A DNA stretch of 64,000 nucleotides, from positions 248,001 to 312,000 of the forward strand of contig NW_026867602.1 in NCBI RefSeq assembly GCF_020745735.1. The letters run 5' to 3'. This document shows positions 21,929 through 35,147 of the stretch, in pieces (positions within the stretch are counted from its first letter, which is position 1; each line of letters begins with the position of its first letter). The notes under the pieces are model-generated. The model was not told where the DNA came from. It was given only the letters and a program-made list of their open reading frames with translations, and did not search any database. The translations under genes were made by a program, and so were the position numbers. The stretch is from Hemiscyllium ocellatum (lineage: Eukaryota).

Positions 21929-23583
21929 GCTGAAAACGTGTTGCTGGAAAAGCGCAGCAGGTCAGGGAGCATCCAAGGAGCAGGAGAATCGAGGTTTCGG
22001 GCATGAGCCCTCCTTCAGGAATGAGGAGGGTGTGCCAAGCAGGCTAAGATAAAAGGTAGGGAGGAGGTCAAGGTGAGGGTGATAGGCCGGAGTGGGGGCA
22101 GAGAGGCCAGGGAAGAAGATTGCAGGTTAGGAAGGCGGTGCTGACTTCGAGGGATTTGACTGAGACAAGGTGGGGGGGGGGAGGGGAGAAATCGGAGTTC
22201 ATTCCTTGTGGTTGGAGGGTTCCCAGGTGGAAGATGAGGCGCTCCTCCTCCAGCCGTCGTGTTGCTATGGTCTGGCGATGGAGGAGGCCAAGGACCTGCA
22301 TGTCCTCGGTGGAGTGGGAGGGGGAGTTGAAGTGTTGAGCCACAGGGTGGTTGGGTTGGTTGGTCTGGGTGTCCCAGAGGTGTTCCCTGAAGCGTTCCGC
22401 AAGTAGGCGGCCCGTCTCCCCAATATAGAGGAGGCCACATCGGGTGCAGCGGACGCAATAGATGATGTGTGTGGAGGTGCAGGTGAACTTGTGGCGGATA
22501 TGGAAGGATCCCTTGGGGCCTTGGAGGGAAGTGAGTGTGGAGGTGTGGGCGCAAGTTTTACATTTCCTGCGGTTGCAGGGGAAGGTGCCGGGGGTGGAGG
22601 TTGGGTTGGTGGGGGGGTGTGGACCTGACGAGGGAGTCACGGAGGGAGTGGTCCTTGCGGAACGCTGATAGGGGAGGGAAGGGAAATATATCCCTGGTGG
22701 TGGGGTCCGTTTGGAGGTGGCGGAAATGACGGCGGATGATACGTTGTATGCGGAGGTTGGTGGGGTGGTAGGTGAGGACCAGTGGGGTTCTGTCCTGGTG
22801 GCGGTTGGAGGGGCGGGGCTCAAGGGCGGAGGAGCGGGAAGTGCAGGAGATGCGGTGGAGGGCATCGTCGATCACGTCTGGGGGGAATCTGCGGTCCTTG
22901 AAGAAGGAGGCCATCTGGGCTGTGCAGTGTTGGAACTGGTCCTCCTGGGAGCAGATGCGGCGGAGACGAAGGAATTGGGAATATGGGATGGCGTTTTTAC
23001 AGGGGGCAGGGTGGGAGGAGGTGTAGTCCAGGTAGCTGTGGGAGTCAGTCGGTTTATAGTAGATGTCCGTGTTGAGTCGGTCGCCCGAGATAGACATGGA
23101 AAGGTCTAGGAAGGGGAGGGAGGAGTCTGAGACAGTCCAGGTGAATTTGAGGTCGGTGTGGAAGGTGTTGGGAAAGTTGATGAACTGTTCAACCTCCTCG
23201 TGGGAGCACGAGGCAGCGCCGATACAGTCATCGATGTAGCAGAGGAAAAGGTGGGGGGGTGGTGCCCAGGGTAGCTGCGGAAGATGGACTGTTCCACATA
23301 TCCTACAGAGAGGCAGCCATAGCTGGGGCCCCATGGCGACTCCTTTAGTTTGGAGGAAGGGGGAGGATTGGAAAGGGAAGCTGTTCAGGGTGAGGACCAG
23401 TTCAGTCAGTCGGGGGATACTGGTGTCCCTCCTCCCTACCTTTTTATCTTAGCCCGCTGGGCACACCCTCCTCATTCCTGACGACCGGCTCATGCCCGAA
23501 ACGTCGATTCTCCTGCTCCTTGGACGCTGCCGGACCTGCTGCGCTTTTCCAGCTCTGATCTCCGGCAGTCCTCACTACCTCTG
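21929..23583 (-). mobile_element. Penelope-like element: truncated, frameshifted RT + GIY-YIG on the minus strand, inverted terminal repeats, TSD ggactctggg
   Basis: YIDD, LPFLD, YYKPTDSHSYLDYTSSHP (RT); IIYCVRCTRCGLLYIGETGR (GIY-YIG); TSD at 21919-21928 and 23584-23593. Confidence 0.92.
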
Positions 23584-23939
23584 GGACTCTGGGATTCCCA
23601 GTCAGGCCTGCCTCAGGGCAAGGTGATTCATTTCTCTGACAAACGCAGCGTCTGAGCCGAGCGTGTGGAGGTCACGCAGCACAGAAACAGGTCCAACTGG
23701 TCCATACCAGGCCTCCCCCCGCCCCCAAACTAAACTCGTCTGGTGGGAGGGGTGGACACTCTCCGGGCAATGGGGAGGCGATGCAGAGCAGGGGGGTGTG
23801 GGGGGGTAAGCTCTGTCCGTGCCGTGTGTTAACTGGATCTGAACAAAACCGAGCCAACAACAACTGCTTTAAATCACCGACTGTTTCATTCAGCAGTTAC
23901 CCCACCCCTCACCCCCACCTCCCCACCCCCCTCCCCCCT

Positions 23940-24672
23940 CAACACTGTCCCCCACTCCCAGGGACAGGGGGTTAGATACAGAGTAAAGCTCCCTCTACAC
24001 TGTCCCCCACTCCCAGAGACAGGGGGTTAGATACAGAGTAAAGCTCCCTCTACACCATCCCCCACTCCCAGGGACAGGGGGTTAGATACAGAGTAAAGCT
24101 CCCTCTACACTGTCCCCCCCCACTCCCAGAGACAGGGGGTTAGATACAGGGTACAGCTCCGTCTACATGTAACACTCCCAGGGACAGGGGGTTAGATACA
24201 GAGTAAAGCTCCCTCTACACTGTCCCCCCACTCCGAGGGACAGGGGGTTAGATACCGAGTAAAGCTCCCTCTACACTGTCCCCCACTCCCAGGGACAGGG
24301 GGTTAGATACAGAGTAAAGCTCCCTCTACACCTTCCCCCACTCCCAGGGACAGGGGGTTAGATACAGAGTAAAGCTCCCTCTACACTGTCCCCCACTCCC
24401 ACTGACAGGGGGTTAGATACAGAGTAAAGCTCCCTCTACACTGTCCCCCACTCCCAGGGACAGGGGGTTAGATACCGAGTAAAGCTCCCTCTACACTGTC
24501 CCCCACTCCCACTGACAGGGGGTTAGATACAGGGTAAAGCTCCCTCTTCGCCGTCCCCCACTCCCAGGGACAGGGGGTTAGATGCAGGGTAAAGCTCCCT
24601 CTACACTGCCTCCCATGAAACACTCCCAGGGACAGCACGGGGTTGGGCGCAGGGTAAAGCTCCCTCTACAGT
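23940..24672. repeat. 55-bp minisatellite downstream of the RENBP stop codon
   Basis: Reverse complement of the 5397-6205 unit. Confidence 0.93.
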
Positions 24673-24807
24673 GTGCAGTGCTGGAGGGGATGATGGGGAA
24701 TCGCCAGGGAATGGAAGTGGAGATTGGGACAGGGACGGAGCGCGCTATCCCGGCCCACGTTCCCGCTGGGAATCCCGGGGGGGGGGGGCGGCGATCCGTC
24801 GGCCCCC

Positions 24808-24896
24808 TCAGGGAGTGTCGGTGTTGCACGCCTCCTCCATGATGGTATCCAACATCAGTTCACACAGCATCAGGCAGCGAGGCAGGTGGAAACAGC
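24808..24896 (-). CDS. RENBP: N-acylglucosamine 2-epimerase (renin-binding protein), last coding exon
   Basis: cag|(G)CFHLPRCLMLCELMLDTIMEEACNTDTP*; cf. human GCFHVPRCLAMCEEML. Confidence 0.93.
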
Positions 24897-25104
24897 CTGA
24901 GAGAGGAGACAGGAGGGCCTAGTCACTCCCCACACCGACTCCCAGGGGTACACGCACTCCGACCCACAACAGCGACCATTCCCAGCCTCCCTCCAACCCC
25001 ACAACGGCCCTCAACTTCCTCACACAGCTCCCCTAACCTCCCCCCACTCTTTATTCCATCCCCTCCGTTCGCTTCCCACTCAAGTATCTCCAAGGAAAAT
25101 GGTG

Positions 25105-25770
25105 GCATAGACTCCCTGCAGTGTGATAGCAGGCCATTCGGCCCATTGAGTCCACACCAATCCTCTCAAAGAACATAACACCCAATCCCTGTAACCCTCA
25201 CGGCCAATCCCACCCTAACCTGCACATCCCTGGGCACTACGGGGACAATTTAGCACGGCCAATCCCACCCTAACCTGCACATCCCTGGGCACTACGGGGA
25301 CAATTTAGCACGGCCAATCCCACCCTAACCTGCACATCCCTGGGCACTACGGGGACAATTTAGCACGGCCAATCCACCCTAACCTGCACATCCCTGGGCA
25401 CTACGGGGACAATTTAGCACGGCCGATCCACCCTAACCCGCACATCCCTGGGCACTACGGGGACAATTTAGCACGGCCAATCCCACCCTAACCTGCACAT
25501 CCCTGGGCACTACGGGGACAATTTAGCACGGCCAATCCCACCCTAACCTGCACATCCCTGGGCACTACGGGGACAATTTAGCACGGCCAATCCACCCTAA
25601 CCTGTACATCCCTGGGCACTACGGGACAATTTAGCACGGCCAATCCACCCTAACCTGTACAATGTTGGGAGGAACCTAACACAGACACGGTGAGAATGTC
25701 CGCCCAGAGAGATCGTTGCCCAGTGGTGGCATTGAAGCCAGGTCCCAGGTTCCATGAGACAGCAGTGCCA
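25105..25770 (-). mobile_element. HE1-like SINE with amplified 55-bp unit (25200-25660)
   Basis: Reverse complement of the 14575-16330 unit (~8 copies); decayed tRNA head near 25730-25770. Confidence 0.8.
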
Positions 25771-25844
25771 CCCATTCTCTTCCTCATTCCCTTGCCGGCC
25801 CGATCTGAGGCTGTGTTTGAGGGGAATAGGAGGAGGGTCCCTAC

Positions 25845-25932
25845 CTTTGTAAGGTCCCCCCTTGAAGTGGTGCGTCACTGTTCCATGTCGGTTGAGATAT
25901 CCAAACCACTCGCCGCACTCCGGGTCAGAGAA
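25845..25932 (-). CDS. RENBP: RENBP penultimate coding exon
   Basis: cag|[29 protein letters not shown]|gtaggg; cf. human FRDPEYGEWFGYLSREG...KGGPFK. Confidence 0.96.
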
Positions 25933-26009
25933 CTGCAAAGGGAACACATCTCCAGGGTCTGTCTTTGGAAATCAAGGGGGGAACCCTATCACAGACGCAC
26001 ACAGCACCC

Positions 26010-26410
26010 CACTCCCCCAAGAGGGGGGAACGTGTATCGCTGACGCACGCATTCCCCCAAGCGGGGGGACGTGTATCGCTGACGCACACCTTTCCCCCAA
26101 GAGGGGGGACGTGTATCGCTGACACACCCATTCCCCCAAGAGGGGGGGGAACGTGTATCGCTGACACACCCATTCCCCCAAGAGGGGGGGAACGTGTATC
26201 GCTGACACACCCATTCCCCCAAGAGGGGGGGGACGTGTATCGCTGACACACCCATTCCCCCAAGGGGGGGGGACGTGTATCGCTGACACACCCATTCCCC
26301 CAAGAGGGGGGGGACGTGTATCGCTGACACACCCATTCCCCCAAGAGGGGGGGACGTGTATCGCTGACACACCCATTCCCCCAAGAGGGGGGGACGTGTA
26401 TCACTGACGT
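26010..26410. repeat. ~40-bp minisatellite in a RENBP intron
   Basis: Unit gggggggacgtgtatcgctgacacacccattcccccaaga. Confidence 0.92.
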
Positions 26411-26730
26411 ACAGACGCCCTGAGAGTGGGGACCTGTACCCTTCAGGGATTGGAGGATCCCAACAGGGGAAACGGGTCTCTCCCCCTGAGCCAGGGTCCG
26501 GCCAAAGGAGGGTTACCACCTCCCCCCACCAACCCCTCCTTGATACCCAAGGGGCACACGGTCAAACGTCACCTTGACTGGACCGGGTTGGATGTGCTCC
26601 ATGGGGCGTACCCAGGAGATGCCAGTGTGTGGGTGCGTGTGTGTGTGTGTGTGTGTGTGGGATGGGGAGTGGGCGCTGACCATGGGGTCCGGGCCAGGCA
26701 GCGAGGGGTGGGGGTGGAAGAGAGACTCAC

Positions 26731-26862
26731 GTGCGAGAAGCTGTAGTCGAAGAGCTGCCTGAAGGACGCCAGCAACTGGGGGTCCCGTCTCTTCTGGTAG
26801 GCCAGGAGCAAAGCGACCAAGCCCTCGGTGTGAGGCCACCATAACTTCATATCCCACTCCAG
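26731..26862 (-). CDS. RENBP: RENBP third-from-last coding exon (upstream exons absent, lost at the gap)
   Basis: cag|LEWDMKLWWPHTEGLVALLLAYQKRRDPQLLASFRQLFDYSFSH|gtgagt; KLWWPH motif. Confidence 0.96.
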
Positions 26863-27711
26863 CTGGAACAACGGGGCGAGGGGGTGGGGAGAGATAATAG
26901 GGGAGAGGGTGATAGAGGGAGGGGGAGAGGGTGATAGAGGGAGGGGGAGAGAGATGGGAGGGAGGGGGAGGNNNNNNNNNNNNNNNNNNNNNNNNNNNNN
27001 NNNNNNNNNNNNNNNNNNNNNNNNNNNNNNNNNNNNNNNNNNNNNNNNNNNNNNNNNNNNNNNNNNNNNNNNNNNNNNNNNNNNNNNNNNNNNNNNNNNN
27101 NNNNNNNNNNNNNNNNNNNNNNNNNNNNNNNNNNNNNNNNNNNNNNNNNNNNNNNNNNNNNNNNNNNNNNNNNNNNNNNNNNNNNNNNNNNNNNNNNNNN
27201 NNNNNNNNNNNNNNNNNNNNNNNNNNNNNNNNNNNNNNNNNNNNNNNNNNNNNNNNNNNNNNNNNNNNNNNNNNNNNNNNNNNNNNNNNNNNNNNNNNNN
27301 NNNNNNNNNNNNNNNNNNNNNNNNNNNNNNNNNNNNNNNNNNNNNNNNNNNNNNNNNNNNNNNNNNNNNNNNNNNNNNNNNNNNNNNNNNNNNNNNNNNN
27401 NNNNNNNNNNNNNNNNNNNNNNNNNNNNNNNNNNNNNNNNNNNNNNNNNNNNNNNNNNNNNNNNNNNNNNNCTCCCCCTCCCCCCTTCCTTCTCCCCCTT
27501 CTCCCACCCTCCCCCAATGCTGCTAGACCCTCTGAGTTTCTCCAGCGATCTCTGATCTTTTCTTTTTGATGTGGAGCTCTGGAGACATCCTCTGACAAAT
27601 CTGGGTGGGTGGGGGGGGGTCTGAGAATCACCCCTCCCTCCATCTCCAGCCCCCCCCTCCTTCTCTCCTTCTCTGTCTCCCACCCCTCCCTCTCTCCTTC
27701 TAACTTTCTCC

Positions 27712-27903
27712 TCTGAATGGCCTGCTGTCCCTGTGTAACAGGCTGGAGGAGGAGGGGCTGAATGGCCTGCTGTCCCTGTGTAACAGGCTGGAGGAGGAGG
27801 GGCTGAATGGCCTCCTGTCCCTGTGTAACAGGCTGGAGGAGGAGGGCTGAATGGCCTCCTGTCCCTGTGTAACAGGCTGGAGGAGGAGGGGCTGAATGGC
27901 CTC
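27712..27903. repeat. ~45-bp minisatellite, 4 copies
   Basis: Unit ctgaatggcctcctgtccctgtgtaacaggctggaggaggagggg. Confidence 0.9.
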
Positions 27904-28401
27904 GTGTTTTCAGATGCCTGGCATTTGCAGTGATGGGTGCAGTGATTGGTATTGTCAGTGTGAGGGGGATGTTGTGGTGGGGGTGTCTGGTGGAGTTGTG
28001 GTGCTATTCCCCCAGGATGTGTGTTCCCCCGCGGGTCAGCTCCGGGTGTGGTGTAACACCCCCCCCCCCCCCCCAGCTAACAGAGTGGTCACCAGCTGGA
28101 GATTACGGTGCTGGCCCGGGGGTCTCGATNNNNNNNNNNNNNNNNNNNNNNNNNNNNNNNNNNNNNNNNNNNNNNNNNNNNNNNNNNNNNNNNNNNNNNN
28201 NNNNNNNNNNNNNNNNNNNNNNNNNNNNNNNNNNNNNNNNNNNNNNNNNNNNNNNNNNNNNNNNNNNNNNNNNNNNNNNNNNNNNNNNNNNNNNNNNNNN
28301 NNNNNNNNNNNNNNNNNNNNNNNNNNNNNNNNNNNNNNNNNNNNNNNNNNNNNNNNNNNNNNNNNNNNNNNNNNNNNNNNNNNNNNNNNNNNNNNNNNNN
28401 N

Positions 28402-28639
<238 letters not shown>

Positions 28640-28879
28640 TGAGTCACCCCACCCCCCTATTTTAACTCCTCTATTCCCCCCTATGGAAGTAAGACCCCTG
28701 TTTCTCCCCCCCGGGGGGATGGGTCTGCCCATTGTCCTCCATCTGTCATTTGCGGCCCACCTCCTCTCACGTGCTCTCTCTCCCACACCCTACCTCTCAG
28801 CATGTCTCTCGCTCCTTCTGCCCCCTCGGCATGTTCCCCCCCCCCCGGGCGTGTGTCTCCCCCCCCCCCCCCCCACCCC

Positions 28880-29435
28880 CGGGCGTGTCTCTCTCTCTTT
28901 CGCCCCTCCCCCCTCGGCGTCTCTCTCTCTCTCTCCCACTTTCCCCCCTCGGCGTGTCTGTTTCCCCCGCCTCGGTGTGTCTCTCTCCCCCGCCTCGGCG
29001 TGTCTCTCTCTCTCTCTTCCCCCCTCGGCGTGTCCCTCTCTCTCTCCCCCCTCGGCGTGTCCCTCTCTCTCTCCCCCCCGTCCCTCTCTCTCTCCCCCCT
29101 CGGCGTGTCCCTCTCTCTCTCTCTCTCTCCCCCCTCTGCGTCTCTCTCTCTCCCCCCTCTGCGTCTCTCTCTCTCCCCCCTCTGCGTCTCTCTCTCTCCC
29201 CCCTCTGCGTCTCTCTCTCTCCCCCCCCCCCGCTCTCTCTCTCTCTCCCCCCCCCGCGTCTCTCTCTCTCTCTCCCCCCTCTGCGTCTCTCTCTCTCCCC
29301 CCCCGCGTCTCTCTCTCTCCCCCCCCGCGTCTCTCTCTCCCCCCTCTGCGTCTCTCTCTCTCTCCCCCCTCTGCGTCTCTCTCTCCCCCCTCTGCGTCTC
29401 TCTCTCCCCCCCCTCTGCGTCTCTCCTCTCTGTGT
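28880..29435. repeat. C/T-rich low-complexity repeat in the last UBA1 intron
   Basis: Units like ccccctctgcgtctctctctct. Confidence 0.9.
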
Positions 29436-29476
29436 CTCAGCAGCGGCCTCTCCTTTTGCCTCCCCCCTGGTTGCAG

Positions 29477-29612
29477 GATGACCGAGATTGTTGCCAAAGT
29501 CTCCAAGAAGAAGATTGGCAAACACGTCAAGGCGCTGGTGTTCGAGCTGTGCTGCAACGATGAGAACGACGAAGATGTCGAGGTCCCCTACGTCCGTTAC
29601 ACCATCCGCTGA
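29477..29612 (+). CDS. UBA1: UBA1 last coding exon
   Basis: cag|[44 protein letters not shown]. Confidence 0.97.
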
Positions 29613-30645
29613 AAGCCGGAGTGTGGGGGGGGAGGGGGAGGGGGGAATCCTGGTGGTGGGAGCGGGCTGTGGGATGCTGCTTTCCTGTGGGGCGTGTCAG
29701 TCCTAACCTGAGCGTCCGCGCGTTTCGGAGGGGAAGGGAAGGGGGGTGTGTGCTGAGTTCCGCGCGGTTCCCTCAATCTCCCTGGAAACCCCCCCACCTC
29801 TGGTCTGCATGTCTGAGCACCTTCAGGTGGGGGGGGGGAGACACGCCAGGCGCGATCTTGTATTCCCCCTCCCCATCCCAGTCTCCCCACCCTCTCCAGG
29901 CGTGAGTGTGTGTGTGTGAGAGAGAGAGAGAACGCGTTAGAATCCCTGATCGCCCTTGACCTTGCGTCGTTTAATTTAAACGTGTCGTGTGTAGCCTCTG
30001 CCCGCCCCCCCCCCGTCTCTCTCTGTCTGTTTGGAGTCTCCCGGGGGCTGAATTTTGGTGGAACTTGGGGGGGGGGCGGTGGGGGGAGAGATGAGTCTGT
30101 TGAAGAATGGGGGCACCCCCCCTTTCTCCTTGACTCGCCCCCTGAGCCAAAGGATTCCTTTGTCTCGTTCCTCCAGTCGTGGTGTCGTAGCGTGTGTCCC
30201 CCTCCCCCATCGGCTGTAGTTGCTTTTATTTCTCTCCCCGTGCGGGATCGGAGGGAGGGAGGGGTGTGCGGTGGGAGGAAGCCCGTGTGGGGTTTGGGGG
30301 AACGTCCGTGTGTGTGTGCATATTTTTTGTTCTGTGTATAACTGTGTCTTGGACCCTCCCCCCACCCACCACCTGCTGTGTCCACTCCCTATCTGTCACC
30401 CTTGTGTTTGTGAGTGTGTGTGTGTGGGTTGCGGGGGAGATGCTCCTATTCTGTTGGCTGTTACCCACCATGAAAAAGACAGCGGGCTGACCCCACCCCC
30501 CCTCTCCCCCTCCCCCGGCTCTGGGCAGGGAGGGAGGGAGGATGGTCGTGGTGTTTCCCAGGCTGCGTGGAGTGGGGGGGTGGGAGGGGAGTTGGGGAAC
30601 AGAACCCAGACGCACCGGTCTTGTGTACACATAGGCTACGGCTGC

Positions 30646-30651
30646 AATAAA
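30646..30651 (+). terminator. Probable UBA1 polyadenylation signal AATAAA
   Basis: First canonical hexamer seen after a ~1-kb 3' UTR. Confidence 0.7.
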
Positions 30652-30879
30652 CTTTCACAGTAACCAACAGTTCACATGGGCTGTCAGCTATCGTTGGTAT
30701 TCACCCTCTGCCCTCCTCCCCCCTCTGCCGTCCTCCCTCTGCCCTTGCCCGAAATGAAAACGTTTTCTACAGATCAGACACAGATGCCTCAATGCTTTAA
30801 TGAGCTTTATAAGCTAACATTTATGCTTGATTATGGCGTTTAATTGAAGTTTAAAATAAGAAATTAGTACAGATTCCTT

Positions 30880-31671
30880 TTGGCTGAGTGGTCAGCACCG
30901 CTGCCTCACGGCGCCAGGGTCCCGGGTTCGATTCTCCCCCCCCTCGGGCGACTGTCTGCATGGAGTTTGCACATTCTGCCCGGGTCTGCGTGGGTTTCCT
31001 CCGGGTGCTCCGGTTTCCACCCACAGTGCCCAGCGATGTGCAGGTTAGGGTGGGATTGGCCGTGCTAAATTGTCCCCGTAGTGCCCAGGGATGTGCAGGT
31101 TAGGGTGGGATTGGCCGTGCTAAATTGTCCCCCGTAGTGCCCAGGGATGTGCAGGTTAGTGTGGATTGGCCATGCTAAATTGTCCCCGTAGTGCCCAGGG
31201 ATGTGCAGGTTAGGGTGGATTGGCTGTGCTAAATTGTCCCCGTAGTGCCCAGGGATGTGCAGGTTAGGGCGGATTGGCCGTGCTAAATTGTCCCCGTAGT
31301 GCCCAGGGATGTGCAGGTTAGGGTGGGTTGGCCGTGCTAAATTGTCCCGGTAGTGCCCAGGGATGTGCAGGTTAGGGTGGGATTGGCCGTGCTAAATTGT
31401 CCCCGTAGTGCCCAAGGATGTGCGGGTTAGGGTGGATTGGCCGTGCTAAATTGTCCCCGTAGTGCCCAGGGATGTGCAGGTTAGGGTGGATTGGCCGTGC
31501 TAAATTGTCCCGGTAGTGCCCAGGGATGTGCAGGTTAGGGTGGGATTGGCCGTGCTAAATTGTCCCCGTAGTGCCCAAGGATGTGCGGGTTAGGGTGGAT
31601 TGGCCGTGCTAAATTGTCCCCGTAGTGCCCAGGGATGTGCAGGTTAGGGTGGATTGGCCGTGCTAAATTGT
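30880..31671 (+). mobile_element. HE1-like SINE with amplified 54-55-bp unit (~12 copies)
   Basis: A box tggctgagtggtcagc, B box gggttcgattc, then the array. Confidence 0.88.
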
Positions 31672-32269
31672 AATGTCCACAGACTTTGAGCCAATCCCTT
31701 TAAGTGGAATTCCTGTCACCCTGCTGCCTTCCCCTCGAAGAGGGAAGAAGGGAGGGGACCTTCCCTACCCCGACAAGGGTGGGCTGTCATGGCCTGGAGT
31801 AAGGACTTCCCCTTGCTGGGGCGGTCTGGCCGGGCAGTTCCCCTTTTAAACGGGGTTGTCTCTCGCTCAGGCTTCCCCTTTCTCACGGCTGGGTTCCTCA
31901 GCTACAGAGTCATCCAGCGCAGAAACAGACCGTTCAGCCCAGCCAGTCCGTGCTGCCCCTAAACCCAGATTAAACGCGGCCCACTCCGGCCCTGCTCCTG
32001 GCTCCATACCCCTCCCTGGACCTTCCCTATAAATCTCTCTCGTCTCACCTTAAAAATCTGCCGAGAGAGAGAGAGAGACCACCTTTAGGGGGTGTAGAAA
32101 GGCTCTGGCATTTGCTTAGTCCATGTCCCTCAGAATTTGGTAAACCCCTCAGCCTCTGACGCTCCAGGGAAAACAGCCCCAGCCTCGCCTTATCAACACA
32201 CACCTCCCGTTCCCGGCAACACCCTGGTCAACCTCTCCTGAGCCGCTTTCTGGCTTAATACTACCCTTG

Positions 32270-32397
32270 GAGGGGAAAGGGAGGGCTGCAGATGCTGGTG
32301 AGTCACAGAGTCTGGAAAGCACGGCGCTGGAAAAAACACCGCATCCGAGGAGCAGGAGAGTCGACGTTTCGGGCATAAGCCCTTCGTCAGGAATCTC
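32270..32397 (-). mobile_element. Penelope-like terminal repeat with hammerhead motif, inside a decayed CR1 3' fragment (31900-32490)
   Basis: Minus strand ctgacga-a-gggc-ttat-gccc-gaaac-gtc at 32359-32394. Confidence 0.75.
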
Positions 32398-32530
32398 CTC
32401 CCTGTAACAGGGCGACCAGCACTGGGAGCAAGAGAGACCTCACCAAGGTCCTGTCCAGCCCCAATGTCACCTCCCCAGCTCAGACACTCAGATGAGGTCC
32501 AGAGTGCTCAACGCCTTCTCCCTTAGTGAA

Positions 32531-33960
32531 TTAACCCTCTTCGCTGTCCACTACACCTCCAATTTTGGTGTCATCTGCAAACTTACTGACTGTACCTCTT
32601 AGGCTCACATCCAAATCATTTATATAAATGACGAAAAGTAGAGGGCCCAGCACTGATCCTTGTGGCACTCCACTGGTCACAGGCCTCCAGTCTGAAAAAC
32701 AACCCTCCACCACCACCCTCTGTCTTCTACCTTTGAGCCAGTTCTGTATCCAAATGGCTAGTTCTCTCTGTATTCCATGAGATCTAACCTTGCTGACTAG
32801 TCTCCCATGGGGAACCTTGTCAAACACCTTACTGAAGTCCATATAGATCACATCTTCTGCTCTGCCCTCATCAATCCTCTTTGTTACTTCCTCAAAAAAC
32901 TCAAATCAAGTTTGTGAGACATGATTACTCAAGCGTAAAGCTATGCTGACTATCCCGAATCAGTCCTTGCCTTTCCAAATACATGTACACCCTGTCCCTC
33001 AGGATTCCCTCCAACAACTTGCCCACCACCGAGGTCAGGCTCTCACCGGTCTATAGTTCCCTGGCTTCTCTAATATAGACATGTCACCATTTATTTCCAG
33101 GCATTCTGTAAGATGTCACCATCTATTTCCCTACAGTCTGTATCTTCCATATCCTTTTCCACAGTAAACACTGATGCAAAATACTCATTTAGTATCTCCT
33201 ACGGCTCCACACAAAGGCTGCCTTGCTGATCTTTGAGGGGCCTGATTCTCCTTAATTCCATTTCCCAAAGCTATCTCATGTCCCCTTTTTGCCCTCCTGA
33301 TTTCCCTCTTAAATATACTCCCACTGCCTTTATACTCTTCTAAGGATTCACTCGATCTATCCTGTCTATACCTGACATATGCTTCCTTCTTTTTCTTAAC
33401 CATAGCCTCAATTTCTTTAGTCATCCAGCATTTCCTTTCACCCTGACAGGAATATACTTTCTCTGGATTCTTGTTATCTCATTTCTGAAGGCTTCCTATT
33501 TTCCAGCCGTCCCTTTACCTGCGAACATCTGCCCCCAATTCACCTTTTGAAAGTTCGTGCCTAATCCCGGCAAAATTAGCCCTCCTCCAATTTAGAACTT
33601 CAACTTTTAGATCTGGTCTATCCTTTTCCATCACTATTTTAAATCTAATCGAATTATGGTCGCTGGCCCCAGAGTGCTCCCCCACTGACACCTCAGTCAC
33701 CTGCCCTGCCTTATTTCCCAAGAGTAGGTCAGGTTTTGGCACCTTCTCTACTAGGTACATCCACACACTGAATCAGAAAATTATCTTGTACACACTTAAC
33801 AAATTCCTCTCCATTTAAACCCTGAACACCATGGCAGTCCCAGTCTATGTTTAGAAAGTTAAAATCCCCGACCATAACCACCCTATTATTCGTACAGATA
33901 GCAGAAATCTCCTTACAAATCTGTTCCTCAATTTCTTTCTGACTACTAAGGGGGTCTCTC
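32531..33960 (-). mobile_element. CR1 LINE ORF2 fragments (endonuclease and RT)
   Basis: MVGDFNF, SDHN (endonuclease); [31 protein letters not shown] (RT). Confidence 0.92.
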
Positions 33961-34454
33961 GGTCTAAGATGATCATCCCTTGAGTTCCACCCCAATAACT
34001 GATTTTAAATCTTTTTACAAAATCTCAGTCGAACAACCTTCTAACATAATCACCATAACAGGAAGCAAACTATTATTCCACAAACCACCGAGAGGGGGAG
34101 AGAGAGAGAGAAAAGAACTACAATTCAATGAATAATTTTAAAATTGAACCACGATAAATTGAGTTACGTTCAATTGAGTTAATGCTATCTGATCATCAGT
34201 TGGATCACCGGGAGCATCAGTTGGCAATGCTGTATTTGTTCTGGATTCTTCCTTGCCCCCGAGAGACCCCCCCCCCCCGAACTGCCAGACCCCAGCCCTC
34301 CTGACTGCACAAAAGCCCTGAGCAATATTGCTGATATGTCTGTGTCTGTGATACAGAAAGGACCCCACGTTCTGTGAAAGAGTTTGGTTTTTCTGATGCG
34401 CCTCACTCATGAGGAAATCCCCACAGGCTGTGCTCCATAAACGCCCGTTCCCCT

Positions 34455-34570
34455 GGCGTGCACATCTTTGTGTTTGTCGGAGAAAACCCACGCAGACGTT
34501 GGTGGGGGGAGGAAGAGAATGTGCAAACTCCACCCAGACAGTCGCCCCCGAGGCTGGGATTGAACCCAAG
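34455..34570 (-). mobile_element. SINE head fragment
   Basis: gggttcaatcccagcctcgggggcgactgtctgggtggagtttgcac on the minus strand. Confidence 0.7.
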
Positions 34571-35147
34571 TTACGTCACCCCGAGATTCCCGGAGGATTC
34601 CCTAGTGCCCAGCTCATCCTTGCATGTAATGAAGGAATATTAAAACAGTTTCTTCCCACGCGAGTCCGAAGAGGAGGAGGGGAGAGAACGGATCCACCAT
34701 ATCCTCGGTTCCCAAAACTCTCGGGATGACGCCCCGAGACCCACAAAGCCTGTGGCCTGATCACCAGCAGTGAGCAAGGGGGCCAACATGGGTGGGGTGG
34801 GCTTACTGGGGGAACGCTCCTGTCTTTTGCAAGCCGCTCCCTTGCCAAACGGGCCCCTGTGGAGCCCCTTCGGTCGCGTCGTGTTCCAAATCGAACTCTT
34901 CCTGACGGGATCTCCACCCTCCGTTCGTGACTTCGGGTCACTCGGAGCCGCTCAAGGCTCCTCGAAACGCGGCCCCCACCTCAACGCGCGCGCCGACAGA
35001 GAAGAGGCTCACAGACACAACCGTTTTCCATATCCGACTCTCGGTCAACGTAGTCTTTTACTGTGTACCATCCCTAACTTGAAAATAACGAAAGAGCTCC
35101 CCTCCCAGATCGCTCGTACCTCCGAGTCAGCTTTTCGAAAGACACCG

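Noticed and set aside
22068-23334. Intact or domesticated RT/GIY-YIG genes (also 40780-41520, 53320-54314, 54695-55345)
   Set aside because: Truncated, frameshifted or stop-interrupted, and within TSD-bounded retroelement copies.
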